Origin: Octopus vulgaris
Lineage: Eukaryota
NCBI GenBank assembly: GCA_951406725.2
Contig: OX597814.1
Span: 202,554,001 to 202,618,000, forward strand
DNA: 64,000 nt
Direction of reading: 5' to 3'
Shown: positions 62,500-64,000 of the stretch, one piece after another
Position numbering within the stretch: the stretch's first letter is position 1
Layout of the letters: each line of letters opens with the position of its first letter
Translations under genes and position numbers: made by a program
The notes under the pieces: generated by a model
The model's input: only the letters and a program-made list of their open reading frames with translations
Told to the model about the DNA's origin: nothing
Database searches by the model: none

Positions 62500-63963
62500 C
62501 TAGCAGGAGTACCTGGCATTGCTCAGGTATTGAATACTCAGCAATGGTCTTAATAGGTTCTACCATTTTTTTTCCTTCTACATTTCTTTGAATGTTTTTT
62601 GCGTTAAGTTGCAAACATTGACATTGAGGAAGAAGGGATTTTTCCCCAAGTGGCATTTATTAGTTGAACAACCAAACGCTGGGGGAAAGTGCTTGAAGTT
62701 CGGGTAATGATGGTGGAGGGAAATGTTTACAAATCACACAATGTCTTGCCATCACTGGCATTTTATCCTTTTAGATTGGTATTGATAGGATATTGTCTAA
62801 TTATGATGGGATTGGTGTAAATGGCATGAACTAAGTGCCATTAGTCCTTTTTGCACATGAAGGAGTGAGAGTGGAAGAGTGACATAGACCTAGCCCTCTG
62901 CAAAAAGGTGAAGCTGTTGGAGAGGGAGGTGTATCCATGTTTTGCAGTTTTCTGCAGAACCTGGATGCACAGGGGAAAAAGAAGAAATAATTTCCAGAAA
63001 TGATGCAACATAGCAGTTTTTTCGCAACATAAAGCAAAAAACAAAAAAAAAAGGGCATTCCTTAAAACAACTTTCTTGGGTGTAACTCTGCAAAAATACG
63101 CAAAGGTCATGTTTCACAGTATTTTGTAGATCTGTCACAAGTTAAATAAAGAATATTAACCAAAAATAGTTTTAAACCATTGTTGAGTCATCTGTATTGT
63201 TCATGTGAGATTTGGACAAATTTGGTCAAAAATGAGGGATTTAAGGGCAAAAAATCAGTTTTCTGTGCACTTTTGCAATTGATGGTCATACACGGATGAA
63301 TTCTGTGCAAATCAGTCTCCTAACGTTATCCTTAGGATGAGTAAATAGTGTGTAAAGTTTGAATGCAATCCACCAAAGCAGTGAGAAGTTTTTGAAGATT
63401 TAAAGGGGGAAAAGTGTATAAAATCGATTTTTCATGTTTTTTTGTCACAGAGGAATGGCTTTGGACATAGAACAGATATGTGATAGAACCACCATTATTA
63501 CATCATGGTTTTTTAGTTGTAAAGACCAAGGAAATTGGACTTTCCTGTAAAAAGTTTTCTACCATGTAACTGTACAAAAATGCAAAAAATTGATTTTTTT
63601 TCTAAGATTTTTGCAATTTTCTTGGGAATCAGGGGCCCCAATGTAGTGTCAAAATATTTGTCTGAAATTTTGCAACATGACGGTCCTTTTGATACCAAAA
63701 TTATAAAATTCAGACATTCCTGTAAAAACTTTTCTTGCATGCAATTTTTGCCTGTTTTTGCAAAAAGTAGGGATCCCTCCAGTTTTATTGATTTTTTTTT
63801 CTCCTAGAAGTGGGGGAGGGGGTATCTCAAGACATCAGTAATGTAGCAGTGACCTGCCTGGATAAATTTGCCATTTAATAAAACAAATTTCATCAAAATC
63901 GGATGAAAAATGTGGAAACACATAAAAAGCACACACACACACAGACATATTGAGTTTTATAGA
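62500..63963 (-). mobile_element. Long non-autonomous Helitron, complete
   Basis: Minus strand A|TCTATAAAA start with (TG)n; ends tacctgagcaatgccaggta hairpin then ctcctgCTAG|T; inverted homolog of 25336-26584. Confidence 0.9.
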
Positions 63964-64000
63964 TTACATCATCCATCCATTATGTCGTTTCTTTTTGAAA

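Overview
AT-rich, repeat-dense eukaryotic DNA. The repeat families (tRNA-headed SINEs, (CAT/GAT)n-tailed retroposons, TA/CA microsatellites) look to me like an octopus (coleoid cephalopod) genome; this is recognition from memory, not a database result. I find no intact host protein-coding gene, and almost all listed ORFs are chance readings through SINEs and microsatellites, so the window is most likely intronic or intergenic. Recognisable content: three decayed Tc1/mariner-superfamily elements, fragments of RTE and R4/Dong-type LINEs, a Ty3/Gypsy integrase tail, six non-autonomous Helitrons plus one Helitron-like end, hAT and piggyBac-type MITEs, and dozens of copies of several SINE families (only the clearer ones are listed). 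The most interesting signal is a set of short, mutually dissimilar elements sitting at (TA)n tracts, each carrying a minimal type I hammerhead ribozyme fold of the Penelope-like-element kind; the one at 11516-11591 (-) has a fully canonical core. There are also several near-perfect fold-back hairpins made by local inversion of repeats, a 48-bp local sequence copy inside a MITE, and a strong orientation bias of one SINE family. Repeat boundaries were read by eye and are approximate unless termini or target-site duplications are quoted.
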